Positions 20,974 through 30,457 of a stretch of 64,000 nt of DNA are shown piece after piece; the first letter of the stretch is position 1, and the number at the start of each line of letters is the position of its first letter. The DNA comes from Acholeplasma sp. Lineage in GTDB: Bacteria > Bacillota_I > Bacilli_A > Acholeplasmatales > UBA5453. Location: assembly GCA_036677365.1 (NCBI GenBank), contig JAVBWN010000001.1, positions 1-64,000 of the forward strand, written 5' to 3'. Made by a program: the position numbers and the translations under genes. The notes beneath the pieces were generated by a model. It was not told the origin of the DNA. It was given only the letters and a program-made list of their open reading frames with translations, and searched no databases.

Positions 20974-22383
20974 ATGGATGAAAATAAAAAGAAGATAGAC
21001 GCCATCATTGGTGACTATAAATTCGGCTTCAAAACCGAAAATACACCGGTATTGCGTACCGGAAAAGGTCTAACAGAAGACGTAGTTCGTGCGATCAGTG
21101 AATACAAAAAAGAACCGGATTGGATGTTAGATTTCAGACTTAAAAGCTACAAAAAGTTCTTAGAACTTAAAAACCCTAAATGGGGTCCAGATTTATCAGG
21201 CATTGATTTTGATGAATTTACTTACTTCATCAGAGCCTCTGAAAGAGCTGAAAGTTCCTGGGAAGATGTCCCATCCGAAATCAAAGATACCTTTGAAAAA
21301 TTGGGTATTCCTGAAGCGGAAAGAAAATTCTTAGCCGGCGTTTCGACACAATTTGAATCCGAAGTTGTGTACCACTCGACCATGGCAGAACTTGAAGCAG
21401 AAGGCGTCATATTCGTTGATACCGACACCGCACTTCGTGAACACCCAGAACTGGTTAAGAAATTCTTTGGTACAGTGATACCTTATTCAGATAATAAATA
21501 TGCAGCACTCAACAGTGCCGTTTGGAGTGGTGGGTCTTTCATCTATGTGCCTAAAGGTGTCAAGGTGAAAAAACCATTACAATCCTACTTTAGAATCAAC
21601 TCAGAACAAATGGGTCAGTTTGAACGTACGCTCATCTTAGTGGATGAAGGTGCTTCTGTGAACTATGTCGAAGGTTGTACAGCCCCTGTGTATACCAAGG
21701 ACTCCTTGCATGCCGCGATTGTTGAAATCGTTGTTATGAAAGGGGCGACTTGCCGCTATACCACGGTACAAAACTGGGCCAATAACGTCATCAACTTAGT
21801 CACCAAACGTGCCTTTGTTTATGAAGATGCACACATGGAATGGATCGATGGTAACATTGGTTCAAACGTCAACATGAAATACCCATCTTGTATCCTTTTG
21901 GGTGAACGTGCGAAAGGAACCACCATCTCTATTGCATTCGCTGGTAAAGGTCAAAATCAAGATACTGGCGCGAAGATGATTCACGTCGCACCAAATACAA
22001 CCTCTTCAATCATCTCAAAATCCATCTCTAGGGGTGGCGGTACGGTAAACTATCGTGGTAAAGTCGATTTTGGTAAACGTGCCAAAGGCGCGAAAGCACA
22101 CGTGGAATGCGATACCATCATCTTGGATGATTTCTCATTCTCAGATACCATCCCAACCAACATCGTTAGAAACTCAGACGTATCCTTAGAGCATGAAGCA
22201 ACCGTATCTAAGATTTCTGAAGACCAACTCTTCTACCTCATGAGCAGAGGTTTAACCGAAGAAGAAGCAACAGAAATGATCGTCATGGGCTTCATCGAAC
22301 CATTCGCAAAAGAATTGCCTATGGAATACGCAGTCGAACTCAACCAACTCATCAAGCTTGAAATGGAAGGTTCCATCGGATAA
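20974..22383 (+). CDS. sufB: Fe-S cluster assembly protein SufB
   Basis: [24 protein letters not shown]. Confidence 0.97.
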   Translation: MDENKKKIDAIIGDYKFGFKTENTPVLRTGKGLTEDVVRAISEYKKEPDWMLDFRLKSYKKFLELKNPKWGPDLSGIDFDEFTYFIRASERAESSWEDVPSEIKDTFEKLGIPEAERKFLAGVSTQFESEVVYHSTMAELEAEGVIFVDTDTALREHPELVKKFFGTVIPYSDNKYAALNSAVWSGGSFIYVPKGVKVKKPLQSYFRINSEQMGQFERTLILVDEGASVNYVEGCTAPVYTKDSLHAAIVEIVVMKGATCRYTTVQNWANNVINLVTKRAFVYEDAHMEWIDGNIGSNVNMKYPSCILLGERAKGTTISIAFAGKGQNQDTGAKMIHVAPNTTSSIISKSISRGGGTVNYRGKVDFGKRAKGAKAHVECDTIILDDFSFSDTIPTNIVRNSDVSLEHEATVSKISEDQLFYLMSRGLTEEEATEMIVMGFIEPFAKELPMEYAVELNQLIKLEMEGSIG

Positions 22384-22389
22384 TAAAAC

Positions 22390-22419
22390 AAAATTCCCCA
22401 GTTTTTGGGGAATTTTTTT
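22390..22419. terminator. Bidirectional terminator between sufB and the S66 gene
   Basis: AAAATTCCCC...GGGGAATTTTTT. Confidence 0.75.
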
Positions 22420-23434
22420 ACTTTCGTAGGGTTTGAATGGTGCCTTTACCATCTTTCGATTTAATTTCAACGTACGCCCCACTAATCAGTGTGAATGTTG
22501 GCGGTGTATGGCCAAAATCAGCATCCATGATGATGGGGACATTCAAGTCACCTAAGATATCCAAGGTGGTTTGGTATTGGTCTAGGTCTATGACTGGTGA
22601 AGCATTCAAATGTCTACCAAAAATAAAGCCTTTGGTGTATTTGAACCAACCAGCCAGTTTGAGTTGCCACAAAGCCCTTTTTAAACCAAATAAGTTTAAG
22701 TCACAGGCTTCCATGAACCAAATGATGCCATCATCCTTATACTTTTCAATGAATGTATGGACTTGATCCAATGGGGTGCCTAAGTGGGATAAAAACACAT
22801 CGATGCATCCGCCAATCAATCGTCCTGATAGATGGATTTCACTTTCATTTCTTAAATTTACCCAGCGTGTGGGTTCATTCAATATATAGCCACCCAGTGG
22901 GTCATTTTGTTCTGTGCCTTTACCTTCATACATGGGAAAACTATGTTGAATATGTCTTTGACCGGTTATGATTTCTAAAGCTTGTTTTAATGATTCATCC
23001 CAAGATTTCATTCCGAATTCTGTGGTGTGTTGACCGTAAATGGCTGCGGTATCTAGTAAAGTATTCATTAACATCGTCAAATGGGTATTGTCAGAATACC
23101 CCATAACGTATTTTGGTGGGTATTTTTTTAACGCTTCAAAATCGATGTAAGGCAGCATTTCCATCAACCATTCGCCACCACCCACACTCCATAATAAATC
23201 GACTTTTGGATTTTTGTATAAAGACTCAAAAGCTTTTGCCCTGGCTTCTTTAGGAGCACTCGCACCTTGATAATAGCCAAAAATATCGCCTTCACTGACG
23301 ATGTTATAGCCCAACGATTTCAATTGTGATATTGCAGATTCCAATCTGGATTTATAGGGTTCGGTGTTCGCACCAAAACTGCTCGCAAACAAACCAATTG
23401 TGCCATTAGGCTTAAGATAATTAGGGTATTTCAT
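22418..23434 (-). CDS. S66 family peptidase (LD-carboxypeptidase/MccF-like)
   Basis: GYSDNT, GRLIGGC, FMEAC, DFGHT (Ser-Glu-His triad). Confidence 0.9.
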   Translation of the reverse strand: MKYPNYLKPNGTIGLFASSFGANTEPYKSRLESAISQLKSLGYNIVSEGDIFGYYQGASAPKEARAKAFESLYKNPKVDLLWSVGGGEWLMEMLPYIDFEALKKYPPKYVMGYSDNTHLTMLMNTLLDTAAIYGQHTTEFGMKSWDESLKQALEIITGQRHIQHSFPMYEGKGTEQNDPLGGYILNEPTRWVNLRNESEIHLSGRLIGGCIDVFLSHLGTPLDQVHTFIEKYKDDGIIWFMEACDLNLFGLKRALWQLKLAGWFKYTKGFIFGRHLNASPVIDLDQYQTTLDILGDLNVPIIMDADFGHTPPTFTLISGAYVEIKSKDGKGTIQTLRK

Positions 23435-23530
23435 GTTATCACCAAATTCATTATATCATAGGAAAATTGACATATTTTTATTATGTACAATATATCTAAC
23501 CAATTTTGGTATAATTAGGTTGGTGATAAC

Positions 23531-24109
23531 ATGTACAAAGGCTACCTCTTGGTCAGTCCAGTTGAACAATTGAATCTCGATGAACTCACAACCATTCAAA
23601 CCTTATTTTCCGATATATTGATCAATCCAAAACAATATGTTGAAAGTGATAAGTTGATTGTTTTAATCCGTGAACAAAGCGATATTTTGTTTGAAGAACT
23701 CATCAATTCCATCAATACTGATTTGTATCAGAGTCTTTCTTTATACGAATCATCATTCTTTGATTCGGAACTTGAACTCAAAGAAGATATGCAAAAAAAG
23801 ATGCTCACATTGAAGTTTGATCGTCCTTATCTGAATGATAAAATCTTGTTTTACGATAAAGTGCTAGGTTCAATCGATGAACAGTCCAAACAAATGATTT
23901 TAAAACAATTTTATGAAGATGAAGAATTTCTCCATTCGATGAAGGTGTTTATAGAGAAGAATCAAAATACGTCTGAAGCAGCGAAAGCGTTGTATCTACA
24001 TAGAAACACATTGATTAACCGTCTAGATAAGTTTTATCGTGTCACAGGATTTGATTTAAAAAAATTCGAAGACGCAGCGATTATATATTTGTTAATTAAG
24101 GAGAACTGA
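23531..24109 (+). CDS. PucR/CdaR-family HTH regulator
   Basis: NTSEAAKALYLHRNTLINRLDK...TGFDL. Confidence 0.85.
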   Translation: MYKGYLLVSPVEQLNLDELTTIQTLFSDILINPKQYVESDKLIVLIREQSDILFEELINSINTDLYQSLSLYESSFFDSELELKEDMQKKMLTLKFDRPYLNDKILFYDKVLGSIDEQSKQMILKQFYEDEEFLHSMKVFIEKNQNTSEAAKALYLHRNTLINRLDKFYRVTGFDLKKFEDAAIIYLLIKEN

Positions 24110-24618
24110 TGATGTACGAAACACGATTTGATATTACTGAAAATCACTATAAAGAATTCTTATGGTCACATTTTTGGCATAAACAGGCGTTGAAATATGG
24201 TGTGATTTTCTTCTTATTGATGATTTTGGTTTACATCATTTTATTATCAGAATTTTCACAATTTTGGATTTGGATTGGCATGGGATTATACGCGATTTTA
24301 CTCATTTGCGTCCTTTTTATTACCATGTTGATCAAAATGCATCGAGTTACAAAAATAGCCGTTAGAAACTACAGTAAAAATATTGTGATGTTATATCATC
24401 AGGATACGCTAGAAATCAGTTATGACATCAAAGGTATGCCAGCTAAATCCACATCACCCTATGCTGCCTTTAAGACGGTCACAGTGACAAAAAACTTGAT
24501 TTTGCTCTATAGGTCACACAACATCGCAACCTTAGTTCCGAAAAATAGTTTAGTACAAGGCAATGTAGATGAATTCATTGCCTTTCTTAAAGAAAACATC
24601 CATAGACAAAACCAATGA
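24109..24618 (+). CDS. YcxB-like membrane protein
   Basis: Two TM helices followed by a small beta domain ending LVPKNS...FIAFLK. Confidence 0.6.
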   Translation: MMYETRFDITENHYKEFLWSHFWHKQALKYGVIFFLLMILVYIILLSEFSQFWIWIGMGLYAILLICVLFITMLIKMHRVTKIAVRNYSKNIVMLYHQDTLEISYDIKGMPAKSTSPYAAFKTVTVTKNLILLYRSHNIATLVPKNSLVQGNVDEFIAFLKENIHRQNQ

Positions 24619-24664
24619 TACAAGAGTGTGCAACTTGCACATTTCTTTTTTTTATATACTTTCG

Positions 24665-24683
24665 TATAATGTAAGCGTTGACA
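24665..24683 (+). promoter_or_regulatory. -10 box immediately followed by a cre (CcpA) site
   Basis: TATAAT (24665-24670) overlapping TGTAAGCGTTGACA (24670-24683). Confidence 0.7.
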
Positions 24684-24710
24684 ACTATATACTAATAAAG
24701 GAGTGATTGT

Positions 24711-25826
24711 ATGGCAACCCTAGAACTAAAACACATTGATAAGATTTACCCTAATGGTGTCCAAGCGGTATTCGATTTCAACTTAAGCATCAAAGATAAA
24801 GAATTTATCGTATTCGTTGGACCTTCTGGTTGTGGTAAATCCACAACATTACGTATGATCGCTGGTTTGGAAGAAATTTCCGCTGGTGAATTATACATCG
24901 ATAACGTCTTAGTAAACGACGTAGCACCAAAAGACCGTAATATCGCGATGGTTTTCCAATCCTATGCGCTATACCCACACATGTCCGTTTATGACAACAT
25001 GGCATTCGGTCTTAAGATTCGTAAGATGCCTAAAAATGAAATTGACGTTAAAGTCAAAGAAGCAGCAGCCATCTTAGGTCTATTACCGTACCTTGACCGT
25101 AAACCAAAAGCGTTATCCGGTGGTCAAAGACAACGTGTTGCCTTAGGTAGAGCGATTGTCCGTAATGCAAAAGTATTCTTAATGGACGAACCACTATCCA
25201 ACCTGGATGCTAAACTACGCGTTCAAATGCGTGGTGAATTGATTAAGCTTCATAACCGTATCAACACTACAACCATTTACGTTACCCATGACCAAATCGA
25301 AGCGATGACCATGGCTAGCCGTATCGTTGTTATGAAAGATGGCTACATCCAACAAGTCGGTGCGCCTAAAGAAATTTATGACTTCCCTAACAACATGTTC
25401 GTTGCGGGATTCATCGGTACACCACCTATGAACTTCATTGAAGGCGTTGTAAACAACGACGGATGGTTCGTCACTGGTAACCAAAAACTCGAAGTACCTA
25501 AAGGTAAACTTGAAATCATCAAACAAAATTCATTCTATGGCAAACCAATCGTTTTAGGTATCCGTCCTGAAGACATTCATGACGATAAGTTAGTGTTTGA
25601 AACATTCCCTAACAGCATCCTTAAGATTGAAGTTGACGTCGCTGAATTGTTAGGTGCTGAAACCAATATTTATACCAACATCAATGGTAATAACGTTTGC
25701 GCAAGCGTTGATGCGAGAGCAGACATCCACATTGGTGACAAGATGGAACTGGCTTTAGACATGAACAAGTGCCATTTCTTCAACCCAGAAACTGAACAAC
25801 GTTTAGTATTCGACCAAAACAAATAA
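24711..25826 (+). CDS. msmX: Multiple-sugar ABC transporter ATPase (MsmX/UgpC/MalK family)
   Basis: GPSGCGKS, LSGGQRQR, DEPLSNLD, FIGTPPMN, C-terminal TOBE. Confidence 0.88.
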   Translation: MATLELKHIDKIYPNGVQAVFDFNLSIKDKEFIVFVGPSGCGKSTTLRMIAGLEEISAGELYIDNVLVNDVAPKDRNIAMVFQSYALYPHMSVYDNMAFGLKIRKMPKNEIDVKVKEAAAILGLLPYLDRKPKALSGGQRQRVALGRAIVRNAKVFLMDEPLSNLDAKLRVQMRGELIKLHNRINTTTIYVTHDQIEAMTMASRIVVMKDGYIQQVGAPKEIYDFPNNMFVAGFIGTPPMNFIEGVVNNDGWFVTGNQKLEVPKGKLEIIKQNSFYGKPIVLGIRPEDIHDDKLVFETFPNSILKIEVDVAELLGAETNIYTNINGNNVCASVDARADIHIGDKMELALDMNKCHFFNPETEQRLVFDQNK

Positions 25827-25859
25827 GAGACCGCGAGGTCTCTTTTCTTTTATAAAAAT

Positions 25860-26276
25860 ATGCTATATATCCAACAACACCCGAGGGGTTCTGCCCTTGT
25901 TTTTGAAAAATACACCACACAATCGGAAAAACCGCCGATTAGTATAATTAAACTTTTGTGTCAGGAATTACTGATGACTTATGAATCCAGAATTCTCTTG
26001 ACTAAGAAACGTTTTAAGATCCACGCCATGGTCCCAATCTACATCAACCCAACGATATTATTGATGCCAACCGGTAGTCCAAGAAGTTATGAAACGATTT
26101 GGATCAACTACCTTAAAATCGCGTCAATTCAGAAATATGGCGATCATACCGTCGTCCTTTTTACCAATCTTACTGAGATAGAGGTCCATATCTCTTACAC
26201 GCGGTTCAAAGAAAAAATGAAATATTGTAAAATAATCTATGATTATATGGAGAACCATCAATCCTTGATTTTATAA
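25860..26276 (+). CDS. ComK-family protein
   Basis: PISIIKLLC...YESR...VPIYI...PTGSP...WINY pattern of the ComK family. Confidence 0.7.
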   Translation: MLYIQQHPRGSALVFEKYTTQSEKPPISIIKLLCQELLMTYESRILLTKKRFKIHAMVPIYINPTILLMPTGSPRSYETIWINYLKIASIQKYGDHTVVLFTNLTEIEVHISYTRFKEKMKYCKIIYDYMENHQSLIL

Positions 26277-26379
26277 AGGATGTGATAACATTTTCATTGG
26301 ATATTTTCTAGTAAAACAAGATAACTAGTGATATAATATTGTCGATTGATTACCATAACATTATTTTACGGAGGATACT

Positions 26380-27573
26380 ATGGGAAAAAAGACGGTTAGA
26401 GACATCAACGTCTCTGGAAAGAAAGTATTGATTCGTGTCGATTTTAACGTGCCTATGCAAGACGGAAAAATCACAGACGAAAATCGTATTGTGGAAGCGT
26501 TGCCTACCATCAAATACGTATTAGAAAAAGGCGGAAGAGCGATTTTATTCTCTCACCTTGGCAGAGTTAAAACCGCTGAAGACAAAAAGGATGCTACCTT
26601 GGCACCAGTCGCGCAACGTTTATCTGAACTATTAGGTAAGCATGTACAATTCGTCCCTGAAACCAGAGGTGCAGTATTAGAAGCTGCCATCAACGGTTTG
26701 AAAGATGGCGAAATCTTGATGTTTGAAAACACCCGTTTTGAAGACATCGAAGGCAATAAAGAATCCAAAAACAACGCTGAATTAGGCAAATACTGGGCAT
26801 CATTAGGCGATGTATTCGTCAATGATGCATTCGGAACAGCGCACAGAGCGCACGCTTCAAACGCAGGGATCGCTGCTAATATCCAAGAAACCGTTGCAGG
26901 CTTCTTGTTAGAAAAAGAAATTGAATTCATCGGTGGTGCCGTATCCAATCCAAAACGTCCTTTTGTCGCAGTATTGGGTGGTGCTAAAGTTTCTGATAAG
27001 ATTGAAGTCATCTCCAACCTGCTTAAAGTGGCTGACAAAGTCATCATTGGTGGCGGTATGGCTTATACCTTCTTAAAAGCGCAAGGCTTCGAAGTCGGTA
27101 CATCGATTTGTGAATTAGAAAAAGTTGAATTAGCAAAATCATTGTTAGAACAAGCACAAGGTAAGATTGTATTGCCTGTTGACTTCGCATTCACTGAAAA
27201 ATTTGAAAATGAACCGGCAAAACATGTCGGTCCAATTACCGATATTAAACCAAACGAAATGTCACTAGACATCGGACCTAAATCCATCGAACTATTCGCA
27301 TCCGTATTAGCAACCGCTAAGACCGTTGTATGGAATGGACCTATGGGTGTATTTGAAATGTCCAACTACGCTAAAGGCACCATCGGTGTCTGTGAAGCGA
27401 TTTCTAAGCTTACAAACGCGATTACCATCGTCGGCGGTGGTGACTCTGCTGCAGCAGCCATCCAATTTGGTTATGCATCTAAGTTCACACACATCTCCAC
27501 GGGTGGTGGTGCGTCCTTGGAATACTTAGAAGGCAAATTATTACCAGGCGTCGAAATTGTTGCTAACAAATAA
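26380..27573 (+). CDS. pgk: Phosphoglycerate kinase
   Basis: [33 protein letters not shown]. Confidence 0.98.
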   Translation: MGKKTVRDINVSGKKVLIRVDFNVPMQDGKITDENRIVEALPTIKYVLEKGGRAILFSHLGRVKTAEDKKDATLAPVAQRLSELLGKHVQFVPETRGAVLEAAINGLKDGEILMFENTRFEDIEGNKESKNNAELGKYWASLGDVFVNDAFGTAHRAHASNAGIAANIQETVAGFLLEKEIEFIGGAVSNPKRPFVAVLGGAKVSDKIEVISNLLKVADKVIIGGGMAYTFLKAQGFEVGTSICELEKVELAKSLLEQAQGKIVLPVDFAFTEKFENEPAKHVGPITDIKPNEMSLDIGPKSIELFASVLATAKTVVWNGPMGVFEMSNYAKGTIGVCEAISKLTNAITIVGGGDSAAAAIQFGYASKFTHISTGGGASLEYLEGKLLPGVEIVANK

Positions 27574-27574
27574 G

Positions 27575-28114
27575 ATGGACATCGGTAGTAAAATTCGAGA
27601 ATTACGTCTCGAAAATGGTTTGACGCAAGAAGAACTGGCAAATAGACTTGAGTTATCCAAAGGCTATATTTCTCAGCTAGAACACAATTTGGCGTCCCCA
27701 TCCATGAATACGTTGTTTTCAATATTAGAAGTATTAGGTACCGATATCTCTGACTTTTTCAGCAATCAAATTGAAGAACAAGTGGTCTTTAAAAAGAGCG
27801 ATTTCTTCGAAAAAGAAAGCCCTGAAATGAAGCATAATGTTAGTTGGATCGTACCGAATGCGTTAAAATATGAAATGGAGCCCATCCTCATTGAGCTCCT
27901 ACCCAATGGGAAGTCATTTATGGATGATCCTCATGCAGGGGAAGAATTTGGCTATGTCCTTGAGGGCGAAGTTACATTGGTACTCAATAAGAAGAAACAT
28001 GTGGTGAAAACCGGTGAAACCTTCTATTACACCGCCAATAAAGAACACTACCTCATGAATCATACAAATAAAAAGGCGAAAGTACTATGGATTAGTACAC
28101 CGCCAATGTTTTAG
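27575..28114 (+). CDS. XRE-family HTH/cupin regulator (PuuR-like)
   Basis: LTQEELANRLELSKGYISQLE; cupin HAGEEFGYVLEG. Confidence 0.9.
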   Translation: MDIGSKIRELRLENGLTQEELANRLELSKGYISQLEHNLASPSMNTLFSILEVLGTDISDFFSNQIEEQVVFKKSDFFEKESPEMKHNVSWIVPNALKYEMEPILIELLPNGKSFMDDPHAGEEFGYVLEGEVTLVLNKKKHVVKTGETFYYTANKEHYLMNHTNKKAKVLWISTPPMF

Positions 28115-28128
28115 AAAGGTGATAATAT

Positions 28129-28374
28129 ATGGAAAAAGAAGTCATTGTAAAAAGCACGACTGGATTACACGCAAGTCTTGCAGTGAAAATCGTTCAAGCC
28201 GCTTCAAAATATGCTGTGAATATCGAATTGCACTACAAGGATAAAGTGGTTGACCTTAAATCCATCCTAGGATTGATGTCCTTAGCGATTCCTCAAGGTC
28301 AAAACGTGCGCATTGTCGCATCCGGCAAAAACGCTGAAGAAGCCATTAACGAAATCGCAGCCATTTTAGTGTAA
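28129..28374 (+). CDS. ptsH: HPr phosphocarrier family protein
   Basis: GLHA His site and DLKSILGLMSL Ser46 motif. Confidence 0.85.
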   Translation: MEKEVIVKSTTGLHASLAVKIVQAASKYAVNIELHYKDKVVDLKSILGLMSLAIPQGQNVRIVASGKNAEEAINEIAAILV

Positions 28375-28384
28375 GGAGATTCAT

Positions 28385-29149
28385 ATGAATAAATTACGTA
28401 GACCTGTGATTGCAGGTAACTGGAAAATGTATAAGACCAGAGATGAAGCACTCCAATTCATCTATGCGGTCAATCAAGAAGTACCGAGCAGAGATTTGGT
28501 TGAATCTGTGGTCTGTGCCAACGATGTATTTTTAAGAGATTTGGTTAAAAGACAAGGTGAAAACATCAAGATTGGTGCACAAAACATGCACTATGCTGAA
28601 AATGGTGCATTCACTGGGGAAACCTCACCACTCATGCTTGAAACCACTGGCGTTGAATACGTCATCATCGGTCATAGCGAACGTCGTGCGATGTTCAATG
28701 AAACCGATGAAACGGTTAATTTAAAGGTCCATGCAGCCATTAAACACGAACTTACACCCATCATTTGTGTGGGCGAATCTTTAGAAATTAGAGAAGCTGG
28801 CACGACAGATGCGGTGGTTAAAAACCAAGTGTTGAAAGCATACCTCAACATCGATCGTCATCAAGCACTCAAAACCATCATTGCTTATGAACCGATTTGG
28901 GCGATTGGAACAGGTAAAACAGCGACACCAGAACAAGCCGAAGAAACCATCAAAAACATCCGTGAAGTGTTGAAAGACATTTATGGTGAAGACGTTTCTA
29001 ATCGTGTGAGAATTCTTTATGGGGGTTCTGTCAACACCAAAAATGTCGACAGTTTACTCGCTCAAGAAAACATCGATGGGGCGTTGGTTGGTGGCGCATC
29101 TCTCGATGCAGCAAGCTACTTAACACTCGTCAACGCAGCTAAAAAATAA
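28385..29149 (+). CDS. tpiA: Triosephosphate isomerase
   Basis: AGNWKM, GHSERR, AYEPIWAIGTG, YGGSV. Confidence 0.98.
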   Translation: MNKLRRPVIAGNWKMYKTRDEALQFIYAVNQEVPSRDLVESVVCANDVFLRDLVKRQGENIKIGAQNMHYAENGAFTGETSPLMLETTGVEYVIIGHSERRAMFNETDETVNLKVHAAIKHELTPIICVGESLEIREAGTTDAVVKNQVLKAYLNIDRHQALKTIIAYEPIWAIGTGKTATPEQAEETIKNIREVLKDIYGEDVSNRVRILYGGSVNTKNVDSLLAQENIDGALVGGASLDAASYLTLVNAAKK

Positions 29150-29269
29150 CAAAAATCAAACGCTTATTTTCAAAAGAAATGGGCGTTTTATTTTTTCAAT
29201 TGATTAAGATTTAAAAGCGCGTATAATAAGTGTGGATACGTGCTTTTTTGTTGGTTAGAGGGGTTATTT

Positions 29270-30388
29270 GTGAAAGCCATTTTAAAATATATATATAAAG
29301 ATAAAGTCTTTTTTATTGCCTTGATTGCAGCCTTAATTTCTGTATTATTTGTCCCCATCCACCCAGGGTACATCGATTACATCAACATTGAAGTGTTGGT
29401 GGTGATGTTTTCGTTGATGTTTTCAGTCGCAGGCATGACGGATCAAAATTTCTTCACGATGATTGCAGTTAAGATGGTCAAACATTTGAAAGATATGCGC
29501 ACCATTGCACTGGTCATTGTGATGGCTTCGTTTTTCTTAGGGATGTTGGTTACGAACGATGCTGTGCTGCTCACTTTGGTACCATTCATGTTATTTGTCA
29601 CCGGTAAGATTGGTCGTACCAAAGAATCCATCATCATCGTCATATTGATGACTTTAGCTGCCAATTTAGGCTCAGCGTTGACACCGATGGGTGACCCCCA
29701 AAACATTTATTTGTACACGAATTATGATCTGCCGTTTTGGGACTTTATGCGAAGCACAGCGGTGATCACAATCACTGGATTTGTGCTGTTGTTGATTTCG
29801 ATTTGGCTCATTTTCAAACAAGACTTGGTCAAACCCATCGTCGAAGATGTGAAAATCAAAGACCATCGAATCTATATTTATTTCGTGACATTCTTCATCG
29901 CGATATTGACGGTTTTAGGCCTCATTGAAGCCAAAATATCGATTGTGATCGTATTGTTGCTCGCACTGGTTTTTGGACGTCATCTTTTTAAAAAGGTCGA
30001 CTATCATTTATTGCTTACGTTCTTTATGTTTTTCATATTTACCGGCAACATCGGACAGATGGATGCGATCAAACAATTTTTTGAATCGATATTGAATAAC
30101 GAACACAGTGTCTTCTTTACAGGCATCATCACCAGTCAATTCATTTCTAATGTTCCGGCGGCGGTGCTATTATCCACCTTTACCCCAACCGAATTTATGC
30201 TCAACCTTTTACAAGGGGTGAACATCGGTGCCATGGGTACGTTGATTGGTTCATTAGCGAGTTTGATTACCTTTAAATTTGTCACCAGGTTATACCCTGA
30301 ACGCTTCAAAGAGTACCTCATCAAATATACCATCATATGTATCATTTACATGGTTGTCATCATTGGTGTGGTCTATATCCTAAAGTGA
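29270..30388 (+). CDS. ArsB/NhaD (SLC13/CitMHS-like) anion permease
   Basis: TNDAV, ANLGSALTPMGDPQN, SNVPA, GSLAS; GTG start after GAGGGG. Confidence 0.85.
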   Translation: MKAILKYIYKDKVFFIALIAALISVLFVPIHPGYIDYINIEVLVVMFSLMFSVAGMTDQNFFTMIAVKMVKHLKDMRTIALVIVMASFFLGMLVTNDAVLLTLVPFMLFVTGKIGRTKESIIIVILMTLAANLGSALTPMGDPQNIYLYTNYDLPFWDFMRSTAVITITGFVLLLISIWLIFKQDLVKPIVEDVKIKDHRIYIYFVTFFIAILTVLGLIEAKISIVIVLLLALVFGRHLFKKVDYHLLLTFFMFFIFTGNIGQMDAIKQFFESILNNEHSVFFTGIITSQFISNVPAAVLLSTFTPTEFMLNLLQGVNIGAMGTLIGSLASLITFKFVTRLYPERFKEYLIKYTIICIIYMVVIIGVVYILK

Positions 30389-30457
30389 AATCACCTGAAT
30401 TAGGTGATTTTTTTTCAAAAATATATGTTACAATTGAACCATATTCGGAGGTAAGTT

